From NCBI GenBank assembly GCA_964016885.1, contig OZ024743.1, positions 256,742,001 through 256,806,000 of the forward strand: a DNA stretch of 64,000 nucleotides. Reading direction: 5' to 3'. Numbering within the stretch: position 1 is the stretch's first letter; the number at the start of each line of letters is the position of its first letter. Of the stretch, positions 13,001 to 30,718 are shown one piece after another. The stretch is from Eledone cirrhosa (taxonomy: Eukaryota). Under the pieces are notes generated by a model that saw nothing but the letters and a program-made list of their open reading frames with translations, was not told the origin of the DNA and did not search any database. A program made the translations under genes and the position numbers.

Positions 13001-13969
13001 CATTATTCCACTTGATTCTTACCTTTCAGCTATGAATTGGGCAGTGCCTTAAAATCCCGTTTTATTTGCGTGCAATTTTTTTGTATCTTATGTATGGAGA
13101 ATCGAAAACCCTTTTTCTCATAACCTGATACATGCGTTACACATGCACCATGGATGTTTGTGGACTATTTTTTTCAAAATACCAATATCCCAGATTGGAG
13201 CACAAAAGGAAACGTTTGTTCTTAAATTTATTTAAATCCAGCGCCTTATAAACCCGTGTGTATCCGGGTACACTAGCTAGAAAGAGAAATGGAACCATTG
13301 ATTCCTCGGTCCGATTTGACGAAAGTAGATTTAGTTCCACAGCAAATTAACAAACCATACTTGAAGACACGTTGAGGCTGTTGCAAAGGGCAATAACCCT
13401 AGATACAATTTTGATCAACTTTTTTTCACCTATAGCAAATTTACCGGGACAGGTTTTTAACTATTCAAATCTACTTCAGAGATCACGCATTGATGTAAAA
13501 AAATCAATAAAACTGAAGCGGGGCTCGACTTTGCGCAAAAAAACAAGGCAAAGTTACACATGGGAAAACTTTTTACAGGAACTTCCGATATTCTTGAAAA
13601 CTGTCACAAAAGACTCGCCATTATGCCGCGGTTATGATAAAGTCCCTTTTAATTCTTCTTCTGCACATGTGAGCGCAAAAATTGTAAAAAAAAAAAAAAA
13701 CCTGAAAAAAAATCGACATTTTCACCCTGCTTTAAATTAACTGAACATTCAATATCAAGCGATTTTGACTTCCGTCAGTCGTGCAGAGAACAATTTCAAC
13801 GATACACTGTGTAACTACAATTAATAAATTACACACCTGCGTCTACTAACCTATTTTTTTTCATTGAAGTTCGAAGTTTTGAACCTGTGATTCGCGGGAA
13901 GTAACTTTCACACATTCTAACAGACCAAAGGTCGACTTACACCAGCGCGACGCCGGGTACTTCTGCTAG
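7068..13969 (+). mobile_element. Helitron, autonomous-type but decayed
   Basis: 5' A|TCTCTATATATATAAA; 3' hairpin ACCAGCGCGACGCCGGGT followed by CTAG|T at 13966-13970; internal RepHel coding sequence. Confidence 0.85.
8381..11964 (+). pseudogene. Helitron RepHel (Rep + PIF1-like SF1 helicase), frameshifted and internally deleted
   Basis: Successive ORFs carry C-x2-C..MCC..GKV, LQYPLLFPHGEDG, ILPSSFTGSPRYM, GRPDLFITLTCNP, Walker A (SPAGTGKT at ~10676-10700), VASSGIAATL..GRTAHS, DFRQTLP, LLRNL..LCNGTRL, MSINKAQGQSL and FSHGQLYV. Confidence 0.93.
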
Positions 13970-14032
13970 TATGTATATATATATATATATATGCTATGTG
14001 GCTGTATGTCTTTAGCGGGACACTACTACGAT

Positions 14033-17446
<3,414 letters not shown>

Positions 17447-18745
17447 CCGCGAGGCGTTGGACGGACGGACCGGTTAAATAGCTCGGTGTCTGGTTCGGAC
17501 CGGACCTCCAGATGGAGAAAAACTGGAGCGAGGTGGCAAGCAAGGTGGCCTCCCTCACCCAGAAATGGGCCGATAGGAAGCTGTCCCCGAAAGGCCGGGC
17601 GGAGGTGGCGAATGCGTACATCGCATCCGTCATCTGCTACCGCCTCACCGTCGTCCCTTGCCCCGACTCAACTCTCACCAAAATGGAGCGCCTCCTCTTC
17701 CGCTTTTTGTGGAAGGAACGTGCTCCCATGGACAGACGATCCATCTGCTGTCAACACCCGTTGCGTGGATGACTGGGCATGACATTTCTGATGATACGCA
17801 AACATGCGCTAAGGCTGCGACATCTCTGGTGCTTCCTTGACGGTTAACAGGTGTGATCGCCGTTAGCCAGGCACGTTTTCCTACAGCTCGTCTCCTTGAC
17901 GGAGCTGCAGTCTTGTGTCAGGAGAAGACCGAGGGATAGCGCTTGGAAACTGGAATGTCTCCAGGCGCTCACTGCCCTCTGCCAGCTGGGCACCAGTATC
18001 GGTGGAACATCCAACTCGTTGTTCTATAGAGGACAAGGGGAGGGGAAGAGCGACGCCGTTCTCGGAGAGATCCTGGACGTCAAAGAAGATCAGCTGTTTG
18101 CTCTCTTCCAGAGAACTTTCAGTCCAAGCATTGCTGACTTGTGGAGCTATGTCGAACAGTTGCTGTCGCGTGTGGGACTGATCCGGTTATCGACTGAGTC
18201 CATTGTGCAGATGGTCTTGCCGTCTTCCTTCAATGAGGAAGGGCAGGCGGTTTTCATCTGCCTGGTGGTCATGGAGAAAGAGATTGTGTGATGGACAAGG
18301 TTGAAAAGGTTAAAGACAGACACTTTCCTCTTCGGCGAATCCCTAATTAACTTTTTCAAGTTTCACTTGAAGAGGAAAATCAGGGTGGAGAGGTAAGTGC
18401 TGCCTTCTCGCAAGTTTGTTGAAAGGTAGGTGAAAGTAGCGAGAATGGTCCGAGTGAACGGGACCGCTCTGAATATACGCCTGTAGTTTGAGAAATGGAA
18501 AAAGTGAGAGAGGGCGCTTGCCCTGGTGGTCAGGGTGGCCGTGGTCTTTTGTGTGGTTTTCGCCACGAGTAACCTTCGGAGGTTTCCCCCCTAATGGGGA
18601 ATTTTTCATCGTTTTAATTTTTATTTATATTGTTTATATATATATATATATGTTCCTATGTCTTTTTTTTCTTTTCTTTTATAAATTATAAAATTTTTTA
18701 CACGCACAAAACCCACATCTTACCGCCCTGTGCCGTCCGTAATAT
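17447..18745 (+). mobile_element. Inverted copy of the 3' part of the same L1/Tx1 LINE, with an internal deletion
   Basis: Reverse-complement match to ~14170-15617 (ORF pairs 14305-14604 vs 18343-18609 and 15290-15517 vs 17512-17772); lacks the segment equivalent to ~14790-14935. Confidence 0.9.
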
Positions 18746-18931
18746 ATTATCTGTTCATTTTTCTTGAGTGATATGTATTGATATATATATATATATATAT
18801 TTATTAAAATAACAGATTATATATTCACTTCTGCGTTCACAGATTGACTTTGTTAGTTTCAGAAGATCCCGTTAAGGGTGAAAGCAGCGATTCTTTGCTT
18901 ACACTTTAATCTGTTATTTCAATAAATATTT

Positions 18932-19283
18932 AGGGCGGTGGATTGGCAGTATCGGTAGAGGGTCGGATGCCATGCTTTGACGCAAAGAGTTACGACCCTT
19001 GCCATTCTGAGTTCAAATCCCGCCGAGGTTCACTTTCCCTTTCATCCTTACGGGGTCGATAAAATAAAGTACCAGTAATGTACTGGATAGTTGCTGTCCT
19101 TGTGCCAAAAGTAGAAACAATTATTATTATTATTATTTTATTATTATTATTAGGGCGGTGGATTAGCAGTATTAGTAGAGTGCCAGACAATATTATTTGT
19201 GGCATAGAGTTATGGCCCTTTATGATCTAACTTCAAATCCTGCTGAGGTTAGCTTTGCCTTTCACCCTTATGGTGTTGATAAA
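18932..19283 (+). mobile_element. Two tandem tRNA-derived SINE copies
   Basis: GGGCGGTGGATTGGCAGTATCGGTAGAG head, GAGTTCAAATCC B box, shared core and (ATT)n tail. Confidence 0.85.
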
Positions 19284-19520
19284 GGAGCCCAGCTCTTTTA
19301 ATAAGCAGGCAACAATTCCGAGAGATCTACATGGTGTGCCTGTAGATATTTTCAAGAGACATCTCAACATTCTGCTGTCGAAGATCCCTGATGAACCCAC
19401 AGCATGAGGTGAGGCGCATATAAGGGCAGCAGTAAGAAACTCCCTTTTGCATCAAAAGCCAACTAAGAAAAGTTGGCTGTAGAAAGTGTATTATCAATGG
19501 TGGTGCCCCAGCATGGCCTC
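19284..19520 (+). mobile_element. CR1-type LINE 3' fragment
   Basis: GAQLFNK..RDLHGVPVDIFKRHLNILLSKIPDEP..RAAVRNSLLHQK; tail TGGTGCCCCAGCATGGC also present on the minus strand at ~33685-33703. Confidence 0.7.
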
Positions 19521-19878
19521 ATCGTGGAATATAGGAAATTTAAGAATTGAGGAAGCCATTTTCATCAACTGAATAGAAGGGGAGATAAACAATAGGTCAG
19601 AATGGTTACTGTTGTGACACCACACCTGCGCATGTATTTTGCAAACACTTAGACCTGTTAGAAAAGAAAACTCTGATTACTTATTTCACTGTTTTGTCTT
19701 GGACTCTTTCAGCTTTGCATCCTAAAAGAAGATAATAGTCCTGAAATGTACTAAATTACTCTGGGTAAAATATTACTTTGTTTTGTTTAGTTTCATTTGT
19801 CTTCATTTGCCCTTTGTATTTTTCTACCGCATTTAACAAAATTATTGGTCTTTTACTATGTATATATCTATATATCTG

Positions 19879-19974
<96 letters not shown>

Positions 19975-19975
<1 letters not shown>

Positions 19976-22890
19976 ATAGGTCCATTCTAAGCTAAGAAGA
20001 GATATGTGTGTATATATAAGTAAAAGAGTGTGTATGCATGTAAGTACGAAGCTATGAGCAAAGAGAAAGTGATAGGAATCTAGGGGTGTGGTAATGGACG
20101 GGGTATTAGAGAAATTGGGGAGGTGAGTTGAGTCCAAGGGGGGAATAGGACCCAAGTCGGTGAATCAGACTTTGTTCAGTCCTGGTGCGCGAGGCCTGTG
20201 ATCCATGATGTAAAAGGACACCCAGGACTGAAACATGTATGGAAGAATGACCAGGAGAACAGAAATGACGGACGACAGGAGAATCCAAACCGAGTCGTAT
20301 GTCCCTCAAATGTTCGGCAAACCGGTCAGCCATACGGCATCCCGTTTGTTCGATATATAAAGACCCGCAAAGGGAAAACCGGAGGACATAGACAACGTGG
20401 GTGGATGTGCATGTGAATGAATGGCTGATATTGAAAGACCCGTTAGGGCCTGTAAGAGTGGTGAGGGTGGAAATAAAGGGACAAGTGTTGCAGCGGGAAC
20501 GGGAACAAGGATGAGAGCAGGGTGGAGTCGTGAGAGAGGACGAAAAAGATCTGCGAACCAAGAGGTCGCGGAGGTTTCGGGCGCGCTTAAAAGCAGTAAT
20601 GGGTGGGTTTGGAAAAAAGCGAGAAGTGACGGTGTCAGAAGAGAGGATACGGAAGGAACGGGGAATATGTCGCCGGAGTGGTAGGGTGCTGGGGTGGTAG
20701 GTGAGAGGGAAAGGAACGCGGGTATTGGGAGGGCAAGGGTGAGGTGAGAGGGCTGTGGTGCGGTCTGTTTCACGGGCGTGGGTGAGAGCAGCTTGGATCA
20801 AGGTGGGGGTTATCCTCGCTGGATGGAGCAGGAAGCCATGCGAAGGGAGTGGATTTCGAAATCGTCGTCCTGGCTACAGAGTCGACGAAGACGGAGGAAT
20901 TGGGAATAGGCTATGGAGTGTTTGGTGTAGGTTGGATGGAAGGAGGTGAAATCGAGATAAGATTAGGAGTCTGTTGGTTTAATGTAGATGGAATTAGAGA
21001 CGGTGTGGTGAGGGTGATTAATAGATAGAGAGATATCTAGAAAGCGACAGAAGAATCGGAGACCAAGGCGGTGAAATTGAGAGCAGGATGGAAAGATTGG
21101 ATAAAATAAAGCAAACAGTCGAGCTGATCTTGTGATAGAGAGGTGGCGCCGATACAGTCGTCTCTAAAACGACCGTATAGCTCAGGAGTCGGTCCAGCGT
21201 GCTGGGAGAAGATCTGGGCTTCGACGTAGCCAACAAACAAGTTGGCATAGTTTGGACCCATTCTGGTTCCCATCGCTACCCCAGAGACCTGCTGGTAAAA
21301 TTCACCCCAAAAAGAAAATCCATTAAGGGTAAGAACAACCTCAGCCAGACGGAGAAGCGTGGTAGTGCTGGAGTAAGGGGTAGGGCGTAAATCTAAAAAT
21401 TGCTGGAGTGCGCGGAGGCCGTCATCATGAGGGATGACGGTATAAAGAGAAGTGATGTCCAGGGTAAAGGAGAAGGCGGGAGGGACCAGGAGGGAAGGAG
21501 AAAGAGTTGAAAAGTCTAAGGCCATGATTTGTATCGTGGATGTGGGAGGGGAGATTGCCGACCAACGGGGTGAGGATGGTGTCTAAATATTCAGAAATTA
21601 TCTCGGTGGGGCAGTTGCACGCAGAAACGATAGGACGGCCAGGATTATTTTGTTTGTATATTTTGGGGAGGAAGTAGATGGTGGGTGTGCGAGGGGTGCG
21701 TACAATAAGGTTGGTGGCTGTGGAGGGTAGGTGAGAGGAGGAGATGAGCTCGTGGATGGTGGAGGACACGAGTTGTTGGTAGCCAGGAGTGGGATCGGAG
21801 GATAAAGGGCGGTAAAAAAGGTCATTGTGAAGCTGGCAGAGAGCCTCAGCCCTATAGAGGTCCGCGCTCCAAACCACCACAGCGCCACCTTTGTCAGTGG
21901 GTTTGATGACAATGTCATCGCGACACCGAGGGTTACGAAGAGCGGAGAGCTCAGTCCAGGTGATGTTAGAGCGATGAGAATGCTGGTGGAAATGGAACCG
22001 ATTCACAGTACGCCGGCAAGTATCGACAAATGAGTTGAGGGTGCTGAACTGGCCAGAGCTTGGCATCCAATGTGATTACCGGTGACTGAGACGAGTGAAG
22101 TCATCCGTCTGTGATGATGATGGCGTGTCGGGAAAAAAAGCTTTCAGCTTTAAACGACGGAAGAACCCTTCAATCTCGGCACCTGTGCGGAACTCGTTGC
22201 AGGTAGATGTGGTTGGTATAAAACGCAAACCACGGGCGAGGAGGGAGCGTTCAGCTTCAGGAGAGTGGTAGGTCCTGGGGTATGGTAACTACAGTGCAGG
22301 GACGTGGGGGAGTGAAAGTGGCGGAAGAGGAGGGGTCAAGGTGGTTGGGCAAAGCGTATGCAGATACAGTGGTAGGTGACGGGATAGAGGGGTTAGGGTT
22401 GGAAGTGATATGAGTATGGGTGGTGACGGCAGGCGGGAAGCGGAGAGACTCGAGTTTATGGTTTTTTGCGGAAGTGAGGAAATTGAAAAGGAGGCAATTG
22501 AGGTAAAGTATGAATTGGATAAGGGATTGGGCGAGGAAAGGGTGGCAAGTGGAGGAGAGATTGAGGTAGGCCTTGAGGAGGTCTCGGTCGAGAGAACGAT
22601 TTGGGCGAGAGTTGATTGAATGGTCGCCCGCATGTGCTGGCGAGAAGAGCGAGTAAGGATGGGCTCAGTGGTGGGAACAGAGTAAGAGGTGGGGTGAAAC
22701 TTGAGGCGGAAACCGTGGGGAATGAAGTGGTGGTGGAGACAGCAACTTAAAAATGTGTTGTGACTGTTGTATCTTGTTTTGGTGAAGATGAGGTTGGAGA
22801 GATGCAGGGAGGATTGGATGCATATTCTGACATACGTAGCAATGACGTACATAGATGTGAATTTAATACCATAATTAAAAATAAACAAAT
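19975..22890 (-). mobile_element. Penelope-like element (Neptune-type), near full-length, frameshifted
   Basis: N-terminal H..FLSCC...IPHGF, IKPTDKGG, PGRPIVS, GVAMGTRMGPNYANLFVG, RFRDD, C-x4-C-x2-C linker, GIY-YIG (VVYV..LYIEQTG..RFAEH), PLGLN end. Confidence 0.9.
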
Positions 22891-23174
22891 CATTAGATTA
22901 GTGGAATGGAAAATTAATGAAACTTTGGAATCTACCTTCAGCCTTTAGAGATTACAATTTAATATGGAGACTCTTTGGATTAACTACACAGGAATATCTA
23001 ATGACTTGATTAATTAATTAATTAATTTAAATGCATAAATATATTAGCGTATAATCTTCTTATATCTTGCACATTTCTATTTAACATTTTTTTGGAATCT
23101 GGATTGTATCACAGGCTGGCTAAAGTGAAAAGAAATTTTGTGTACGTCAAATTCACATGACTAATTCTAAGAAA

Positions 23175-23400
23175 GTGTCCTTAGAAGTATTAGATAATTT
23201 CTGTTCCTTAGGTGGCCAAATTAACAGTGGAAGAGATTGATATAAAAGCATTATAACCAGAGTAAGAATAAGGTGGAAAAAAGTTCAGCGAGCTAATATC
23301 TCTACTACCAATAGAAGGATACACTCGCTGAGTGAAGGGTAGATTATATGATGCTTGTGTATGAAGGGCAATGTTGCACAGTAGTAATGAAGGCACTGAA
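23175..23400 (+). mobile_element. RTE-clade LINE fragment
   Basis: DNFCSLG..RVRIRWKKFSELISLL..VKGRLYDACV, homologous to 36060-36270. Confidence 0.7.
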
Positions 23401-23764
23401 TGAATCAAGTATGATTCTGTAAGAAACGAGGTGAAACTCCGGATTAACAAGACTCATCACTTAGACATAATAAAGGATAATTTTACACTTTATATCACAC
23501 ACACAACCTTTTTGAAATAAATCAGATGAAATAATTGAAAGAAAAAAAGAAGCTAATATATATGGAATCTCTGGTTTTATTGTTTGTTTTAAATTTATTG
23601 TTTATCCGTTTGTTAATTTGTTCAAATCGGATTAATTTCATTAAATATTGGTTTGTAAATTAAGAACTTTTCTGTTTCTATGGAGAACTAAATAATACAA
23701 AAAAGTGCTCCACTATTTTAATAACAATTACAATTATTATAATGTATTTTTATTATTATCATTG

Positions 23765-24200
23765 ATAGAGCATTGAACAATAGGCTTTGCAGCATACAGT
23801 TACAATCCTTTATGTTCTGAGTTCAAATCTGGCCAAGATTAGCTTTGCCTTTCATCCTTATGGGGTTGATAAAATAAAGTACCAGTAACATACTAGGGCC
23901 TATTTCATCGATTTTCCCCTCCCACAAATGTATTGGCTTTGTGCTTAATTCAGAAACAATTATTAATATTGTTATGGGTGGTGGATTGGCAGTAGTGGTA
24001 GAGCATCTGACAACATGCTTTGCAGCATGGAGTTACAATCCTTTACATTCTGAGTTCAAATTCTGCTGGGGTTAGCTTTGACTTTCATTCCTATGAGGTC
24101 AATAAAATAAAGTACCAGTAATGCACTGGAGTCAATTTACTCAACTTTCCTCTGCCCCCAAATTGTTGGCTTTGTGCCTAAATCAGAAACCATTATTATT
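23765..24200 (+). mobile_element. Two tandem tRNA-derived SINE copies (more diverged copies at ~24510-24830)
   Basis: GAGTTCAAAT B box plus CTTTGCCTTTCATCC..ATAAAATAAAGTACCAG core. Confidence 0.8.
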
Positions 24201-25899
24201 ACCATGTTCTCCCTCAGGATTGATCTTAATTTCTAGTTTAGTCATGATAGCAGACCACAACAAGTGAACTTATGTATAATGACTTTGTTTCCCTCTTATC
24301 AGTTTATATCTAATACGTTTTGTATTATCTTAGTCATTCCAAGCAAACAACGTTTCTGTTACATTTCTACTGCAGGATTCTATTATAATTATTTGAAACT
24401 TCCTTTGAATTCTGCTTCTTTCCCAAACCATGCTGAGTGTCAACCTGACATCAGGGGCATTATTATTTTTATTATTGTTGTTGTTATTACTATATTACTA
24501 GTATTATCAGTGTTGGGGATTAGCAGAATCATTACAGCATCAGTGAAAATGCTATGCTGCATTTGTTTTCAGGCCTTCACATTCTAAAATCAAATTCTGC
24601 TGAGGTCAATTGATCATCTTTGTATCTCATGGACCCAAGGCTGATAAAATAAAGTACTAATCAAATAAAGTGTCAATCTAATCCATTCTTCCAAATTGCT
24701 GGCCTTGAGTCTAAATTATCATCATCACTATCATGACCATCATCATTATTAGAGTTGTAGGTTGACATAATGATTAAAGTATCAGGCAAAATGTTTTGCT
24801 CTGGTTCTTTATGATCTGATTTCAAATCTGTGACATGCTGAATCACCTTGGGAATTACATTAAGGGTACACGTGGCTGTGAACTACTCACCCACTTGCAT
24901 GTTAATTTAAAAGTAAGTTGTTCTGTTGGAATTCTCATTGTTGAAATCAAAAAAGTTATATATACATTACAAACTTTAATAAATCTGCCAAATTGAGACT
25001 ATATGCCATACTAAACTAGGTAAGTAAATGAATATAGAATGAAAGAATGAAATCAGTTACTTAGTTGGGAGGAATTGGTATAGCTGAGCCACCATTGCAG
25101 ACTGTGTTCGCCAAAAACTGACTTCTACACTTCCTTGTTTATACTCATATTAAAACACTATAACATAATTTTATGAGAACTCATTCTAAACACTAACTTA
25201 ATAATGGAAAATGTATTTCTGATTATATAAAAGAATTGTTTCAAAATCATAGGAAGTGTCATTATTTAGAAATATGATAATGAAATGTTAAAGATAAATG
25301 TGTCATCCACTTGTACATTAATTTTATGACCAAATTGTTCCATTGATCAAACCATTTGAAGACGCAGCATCAAGACCAAAAGAGGTACATTCCATGATTT
25401 AAAAAGTCTGCCAATTTTATGACATATGACATACACCATTCTAAATGAGGTATATATGTGGATATAAAATGACAGTATTAAATTACAGGTACTAAGAGAG
25501 ACTTAGTAGAGTTGCACCACAAAAGTAGGCTCTGCTCTCTAAACATTTACCATCAAGCTACAGCACTAAACATTCCCACTGCTTGTCAAAAATTAATCAA
25601 AAACTCACCTGAATTCATCACAGATATTAAATGCAAGGTTTTGCTGCAATCTTATTGCATGCACATGTATGTGGTTACATATATAAAAGATAATAGATTG
25701 TAGCAGCTGAAGTGATTGTCAAGGTGTGACACAGAATAGATTAATATGGAAACAATTTCGCCACAATATTAATTGCTATTCTTTCCTCATGTGTGTAAAG
25801 TGTCTGTCTTTATATGAATAGCAATGTGTGCATACATGACAATGTACCCATGTTTATTAGAAATATGTAAAGTATGTGAGTAGAGATGTGAGTGCATGT

Positions 25900-27130
<1,231 letters not shown>

Positions 27131-27966
27131 TTGGGCATACGTTAGCATGTGAATTTCTGCATGAGCTGAAGTATTTTCTATATGCAAGTTTCTATATGTT
27201 GTATGTGTGAGTGAGTTTTAAGACAAATGTTTATATTCCACAAAGGAAATCATAGTAGATGTGTAATGAACATAATTATGTTTAGGCTAATCTGAAACTA
27301 AAGCTGAAATAAAGTCAGGAAAATAAACTGAAACAAGGAACATGCACACTCATACATACATACATCCAAACATGAATTTAGAATATTGACTAGCAATTAA
27401 ATACTGAACAGCCACACGCATATATTTATTGAAAGATAACATGTTTGTGTGTAAGTGTGAAAGTGCAGTCATTTGTGTGCTTGTTTCACTAACAATATAT
27501 ATATATGTGAAATTTTTTGCCTTGCTTTTGTATTTTCCCTACTTTCCAACATTGTTTAGTTCTCTCTTTACACTATGATGACGGATGTAGCCTAAAAAGG
27601 TTATGAAACTATTTTCTCTCATATTTTGAATGCTAAACTAATATTCTCACTTTTTATCATATTCTCACGTTTTCCTTTTTTCTTTTTTTTTTCTTCCTTT
27701 GACAGAGTATATGCCCATATATAAATATATATACATCCATATATATATATATTTCGTTTCTGAATTTGTTTAGCAAGATTCTTTATCTGAAAACGTGTGT
27801 TTAAAACGATAATGTTATACTTTCGGAGGGTCATGTTGCCAATAAGAAACACACACACACCAGCTGCTTTCACTTCAATTTATTATAAATTAAATTCATA
27901 AATTTAAGAATTTATAAATTTCCGGTTGGTTGGTTGGTTCCACAACCGGACGGTTGTTCATATATT

Positions 27967-28009
27967 GTCAAAGTTCTTTCGTCACACATTCTGTGACTTC
28001 TTCAGGGAC
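27967..28009 (-). ncRNA. Hammerhead ribozyme motif (left arm)
   Basis: gtcc CTGAAGA a gtcaca-gaatg-tgtgac GAAA gaac TT tgac; one extra nucleotide after A9. Confidence 0.6.
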
Positions 28010-28571
28010 TGGGGATTATTTTCTTTGTTTTGTGCCTCTCCTTTCTTCTGTCCTACGCCATCTTGTTTTTGTGTGTGTTATGTGCTTAGTTTGCGCATGT
28101 GTTACATCCGGGTGTCTGTGTGTGTTTTTATTTGTTTATTTATTTGTTTATTTACATGTTACTGGTTGGTTGTTTGTTCTATGTTTGTGTGTGTTTTCAT
28201 TTTGTCCGTAATTGTAATTTGTGATGTTGCTATTGCATTCATGTTTTCTATTTAATTTTGGTGAAAAGACACAATGTTTAGACAAATCACAGAGGCAATA
28301 AACATAAAGGAACTCCAACCAAAATTAAATAGAAAACAAGAATGGAATAGCAACATCACAACTTACAATTAAGGACAAAATGAAAACACACACACACATA
28401 GAACAAACAACCAACCAATAACATGTAAATAAACAAATAAATAAACAAATAAAAACACACACAGACACCCGGATGTAACATATGCGCAAACTAAGCACAC
28501 AACGCACACAAAAACAAGATGGCGTAGGACAGAAACGAAGGAGAGGCACAAAACAAAGGAAAGAATCCCCA

Positions 28572-28614
28572 GTCACTGAAGAGGTCACAGAATGTGTGAC
28601 GAAAGGACTTTGAT
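28572..28614 (+). ncRNA. Hammerhead ribozyme motif (right arm)
   Basis: gtca CTGAAGA g gtcaca-gaatg-tgtgac GAAA ggac TT tgat. Confidence 0.65.
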
Positions 28615-29204
28615 AATATATGAACAACTGTCCGGTTGTGGAATCAACCAACCGGAAATTTATAAATTCTTAAATTTATAAATTGAATTTATAATAAATT
28701 GGAGTGAAAGCTAGTGGTGCGTGTGTTTCTTATTGCAACATGACCCTCCCATAGCATAACAATATATATATATATATATATAGGGAGACACAACAAAGGC
28801 TTTGTTTAGAAACAGCTACCAAATTTGAAAATTACGTACTAACATGTGTTTATGTCATGTTTGACTAAATAAAATCCAAATTAAGAGACTAATATATATA
28901 AATGTGAGTGTGTGCGTGTGAGATATTGACATACAGACACACACACACACACATATATATATATGTATTCGCTGTTTACGTTGTATGGTCTAATTAATAC
29001 GTAGATCTAGTCATTCCAATTTGCAGACTGTGATGCTATAGCAAAAGCACACAATGTTATGAATATAATCCATGATAGATATGGTATCTTGTGGTTGGTG
29101 CAGGAACAGTGTTAGGTATTTCAATGGAATTACAAGAAAGCCAGATACCAATATATTACTTTAATGTTGCACAATTATATATTGCCTATTTCTACTGCAA
29201 TCGG

Positions 29205-29500
29205 AAGTTTATAAGTTTGATTCTCAGACCGGGTGATGCATCGTGTCCTTGAGCAAGACACTTTATTTGAGGTTGCTCCAGTTTACTCAGCTGTAGAAAT
29301 GGGTTGTGACGTCACTGGTGTCAAGCTGTATCAGCCATTGCATTTCCCTTGGATAACATCGGTGGCGTGGAGAGGGGAGGCTAGTATGCATGGGCGATTG
29401 CTGGTCTTCCACAAACAACCTTGCCCGGACTTGGGCCTCAGAGGGGAAACCCTCTAGGTGCAAATGCCATGGTCATTCATGACCAAAGGGGTCTTTATAA
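29205..29500 (+). mobile_element. SINE with CORE/V-domain-like block
   Basis: GTGTCCTTGAGCAAGACACTTTATTT..GCTCCAGTTTACTCAGCTGTAGAAATG, shared with 61565-61630. Confidence 0.7.
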
Positions 29501-30718
29501 AAAAAAATTTTGGTAGAGGCCGTCCATCGTAGTGTTCACCTTACTAGCCTGTCCACCACCATATAAATGTTTGCTTATAAGTATTATGTAACTGTGCAAC
29601 ATTAAAGGAATATATTAGAATCCAGCCTTATTGTATTTCTGTTGCAGAATATATGTATATATATAATTTGTTATACTTTGGGAGGGTCAATAAACAGACA
29701 CGCACCTGTTGGTTTTTATTGGCAGCATGATCCTACCAAAGTATAACAACATCTGTTTCAACACATGACTTCAGATAAGAAATCTTGCAAAACAAATTCA
29801 AAAACGGAGTGTGTGTGTGTGTGTGATGTTACTATTTAAGACATTATTCAACTTAGTCCTCTCTATTTAAATAATTAGTGTATAGATATTATTATAGGGG
29901 TTCTATTCCTGATAGTGAAGCATTTTGATAGCAAAAGAGAAATTTATCTAGTTGAGTGAAATTCATTCAAGTCTATCGTTTTGTGGGTGGAGCTATTTGT
30001 TGATTGACAGGTGTCTGTAGGAGCATATTAGAAAAGTAAAGGGGAAATCCTCAATAAATACAAAGTAAAAAACAAAACAATGCAAGACATGACAAAAATG
30101 AATTTGATCTGGATCTGTTACTAGGCCATTGAATAGTGTAGTTTAGCAATCCAGATAGTTATAAATTCTAACAAATCATACATATAAAATAGTCAAATTA
30201 GCAGTAGCACTAATGTATCATGCTTCATAATAGAGGTCTATGTATGTATGGAGCAGTAACTTTTGATGGTGTCATAGAGGCCCCTTAGTGACATACTGCA
30301 GTACTTGGATATTTTATACCTGGCAGAGCCCATTTTCTCTGCGTGGGAACACAACCAATTTCTCCCAGAGATGGAAAAAGAAGAAATAAGAAAGAGATAT
30401 ATAGGAGAAATCAACCACAGTATTAAACTGGAACCTTTTTTTATTGACCTCAAAAAGAAGAAAGGCAAAGCTGATCTCGGTAGGTTTTGAGCTCAACATG
30501 CAGAGAGAGCTGGAAGGAATACTGTAAAGTATTCTGTCTGACATTCTAACCATTGTGCCAATTCATTGCCTATAAATGATGTATGTATGAAGGCATATAC
30601 AACATGTTTTTGTATAGTAAACATACATAAGTTTTGGGCTGATTATTTTAAGCTGTACAGCTACTGAGATAGCTGTGACATTATCCCAGCTTAAAACAGT
30701 TATGGAAAATGATATATA

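Larger units (their letters stand above)
27753..28762. mobile_element. PLE 3' end (GIY-YIG C-terminus + terminal repeat) with inverted duplicate
   Basis: 27811-28254 inverted vs 28323-28762; the centre encodes DTMFRQITEAINIKELQPKLNRKQEWN on the plus strand; related pieces at 29668-29810 and 50890-51078. Confidence 0.8.

Noticed and set aside
18932-19030. tRNA gene-like A/B boxes (also in other SINE heads)
   Set aside because: No cloverleaf or acceptor stem; always followed by SINE core and tail.
25600-25720. Possible minus-strand exon ending CAG|GTGAGT; a similar candidate acceptor at ~42645-42660
   Set aside because: Peptides are unrecognisable and there is no supporting gene structure.
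27570-27615. Hammerhead-like TGATGA...GAAA (also ~19720-19752)
   Set aside because: Core incomplete and stems cannot be paired convincingly.
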